A stretch of 63,559 nt of DNA, filler included, from Nemertoderma westbladi (lineage: Eukaryota; Animalia; Xenacoelomorpha): the NCBI GenBank assembly GCA_032718475.1. It is 3 parts of 3 records of this genome, joined end to end, with 100 filler letters (N's around TTAATTAATTAA, not from the genome) between each part and the next. Parts side by side here need not be neighbours in the genome. Positions count along the whole stretch, not along the records: positions 49,929 to 63,559 come from JAUCBJ010008263.1; 2 more parts are not named here. One strand, written 5' to 3'. Positions within the stretch are counted from its first letter, which is position 1. Every line of letters starts with the position of its first letter. The notes under the pieces are model-generated. The model saw nothing but the letters and a program-made list of their open reading frames with translations, made no database searches and had not been told where the DNA came from. Below, piece by piece: positions 61,577-63,559 of this stretch. The translations under genes and the position numbers were made by a program.

Positions 61577-63559
61577 TCAACCGGACCGGCGTCTCTTCCG
61601 GACACTCCTCTGGACACTCCTCCGCCCCTCCCGACACCCTCCCCTCCTCGGACTGTTGTCCTCCGGACATCTCGCCGTCCACTCCTCTCCATCCCCATAC
61701 CGATACTTGCTGGGAACATCCTTGTTCCATCCCATTGTCTCTAAGTCTTCCGCGTCGAATCCATTCTCCTCCGCCCACTCTCTTGCTGTTACTTCCCCCT
61801 CTAGCTTATCTACCGTCTCTGTTTTCTCCTCTACGTCCTTAACGGTGCCTGGTAGCATGCACCCTGATGTTTCCGACACCCTGTGTGGAATCTTGGTTTT
61901 AATTGGGCCGCTAAGCGTCCATCCGAACGGCGTGAGAATCGCCGTCGGATCCCGCTGTCTGTCTTCCCCGAAGATCGTCTGTACTCTTTCGTGGGCCGTC
62001 GGGCAGTCCATACCCACTATGATGGATACCTTCGAGACGTCCACCTCCGGTATTGAAAAATCGATATCGTCCAGGAACCGGTACTGCTCGACCTCGATGT
62101 TAGTTGGTCTCCTGGCATTTATATTGATCGATTCTATGATCTGAATGGGGTCTATGGTCGCCCCATAGTCACATCCCGGTGCAATCGCTGATATCTCGCA
62201 CCGTCCCGTCCTCATCTCCAGGACCTCATCCTTACTTGAGATAGTAGTTACCGCCAACCTACTCGGCCTCGTCTGTAACCCTATCTCCTCGGCCACCCAA
62301 TTCTCCACCAGCGTGAAGGCTGCTCCGCTGTCGACCAGCATTAATGTTGTGACTGATCGGCCGCCCCTTCCTGTTATCTTCACTGGTACTACCCCGAGTA
62401 GTACTTTCCTCTTTCTTCTTGCTCCTGTCGTGCTCGTAGCCATCGTTTGGCCTCCAGTCTCGTCGTCTCCTATCGCTGTTTCTCTACACTCTCCGGATCT
62501 GTGTCCTTCTACCACGCATCGATGACATAGTCCGTTTGCGTCTGTGTAGGCTACACGATCTTGTTTGGGCAACGCTTGCCAGTGCTTACAACTCATGGTC
62601 TTATGGGTTCCGTCCCTATGTAACTGACATTCGAATCCTGGATTGTAGCGTTCCCTGTATAGTCCCTCACGTATCGCGCGTAGGTTTATATCTACCTGTT
62701 TAGTGTTTTGGTTATCTGGACTCGGCCTACTGGGTATGTTGGGATTATGTTTATTTGTGTTGTTATTTTCTTTCTGTCCCTGCCACGGTGTGGCCCTACT
62801 CCCAGCTAACTGTGGGCTTGTAGCCCCCTGTGTGGCCGCGTGTGGTAGCGACTGTCTTACTCTCGGGAATGGATCTGCCGGATTATGTTCGGGTTTAGGC
62901 CTGTTGTATTCGGTCTTCGGCGCCTTCCCCAAACTATCCTCACTATAGACTGGGTCTGTAATCAACTCTGCTTCGTAGTTGAGGAAGTTCGACATTTCCT
63001 CTAGCCCTGGCTCCGCACCTTTCTTCTCCCGAGTGGAGAAGGCGATCTTCCTCCACTTGCTCCGTAGCCAGATCGGCAGTGCCTGCGCTATCGTGGTGAT
63101 ATTATTAGATGCGTTGAGTTCGTATGGCGCGTCTAGCGTCTTCAGCACGATTAACGCCTTCTCGACCTTGTTCGCAAAGGTCTTTATGCTAACAGGGTTA
63201 TCCTGTAGGCCACCCGATGTTATCCCCCTCAAGGTCTGCCGGATGATCTTGGCTGGGTGTCCGTATTCCCTGTCTAGGGCCCGCCATGCAGTCGTGAAGC
63301 CGCCCTCGATGCCCTGATACTGCCTCATGATGTCGTACGCTGGGCCTCCTGTATATACCTGTAAATATTTTAGGCACTCCGCCTGCGTCAGGTTCTTACT
63401 TAATATCTCGTTACTGTACATGCGTCGGAATTGCAGGTATTCTTCCGGCCTACTTCCGTCGAATTTAAATGGCTCTACTGGTGGTAACTCGATTCTGGTC
63501 TTCAGTGCATCGATTAGTGTCGCCATTCCCATTGCCTGTGCTTCCAATGGGTTCGAGGG
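61577..63559 (-). CDS. BEL/Pao LTR retrotransposon Gag-protease ORF (5' end outside window)
   Basis: ELPPVEPFKFDG...LKYL..YTGGPA...AWRALDREYG (DUF1759-type Gag), zinc knuckles CQLH..G.H...SC and CHRC...GH...EC, aspartic protease LVDSGA, AILTPFGWTLSGP; terminates with no RT. Confidence 0.9.
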   Translation of the reverse strand, partial: PSNPLEAQAMGMATLIDALKTRIELPPVEPFKFDGSRPEEYLQFRRMYSNEILSKNLTQAECLKYLQVYTGGPAYDIMRQYQGIEGGFTTAWRALDREYGHPAKIIRQTLRGITSGGLQDNPVSIKTFANKVEKALIVLKTLDAPYELNASNNITTIAQALPIWLRSKWRKIAFSTREKKGAEPGLEEMSNFLNYEAELITDPVYSEDSLGKAPKTEYNRPKPEHNPADPFPRVRQSLPHAATQGATSPQLAGSRATPWQGQKENNNTNKHNPNIPSRPSPDNQNTKQVDINLRAIREGLYRERYNPGFECQLHRDGTHKTMSCKHWQALPKQDRVAYTDANGLCHRCVVEGHRSGECRETAIGDDETGGQTMATSTTGARRKRKVLLGVVPVKITGRGGRSVTTLMLVDSGAAFTLVENWVAEEIGLQTRPSRLAVTTISSKDEVLEMRTGRCEISAIAPGCDYGATIDPIQIIESININARRPTNIEVEQYRFLDDIDFSIPEVDVSKVSIIVGMDCPTAHERVQTIFGEDRQRDPTAILTPFGWTLSGPIKTKIPHRVSETSGCMLPGTVKDVEEKTETVDKLEGEVTAREWAEENGFDAEDLETMGWNKDVPSKYRYGDGEEWTARCPEDNSPRRGGCREGRRSVQRSVRKRRRSG

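Overview
Repeat-rich, AT-rich eukaryotic (invertebrate animal-like) genomic window with two 100-bp scaffold gaps (N44-TTAATTAATTAA-N44). Host genes: a compact two-exon Dicer (- strand, 1435 aa after splicing), an intronless GALNT2-type GalNAc transferase (+), an intronless WASP/N-WASP (-), and isolated + strand exons (two coiled-coil exons, one ANF-receptor/Venus-flytrap-like exon, one fibrinogen-related-domain exon). The rest is largely transposons: two Academ-type DNA elements with 3-bp TSDs, a Penelope-like insertion carrying minimal hammerhead ribozymes, a Gag-protease-only BEL/Pao element plus two related solo LTRs, a piggyBac remnant, RTE/CR1/L2/CRE/Crack-like LINE fragments, MITEs, SINEs and a 48-bp satellite. 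The most unusual signal is an LTR-like family present in three diverged copies. Its approximately 2.7-kb LTR contains a long multi-domain RNA structure with strand-specific covariation and GNRA/UUCG tetraloops. All calls are by eye; no database searches were run.
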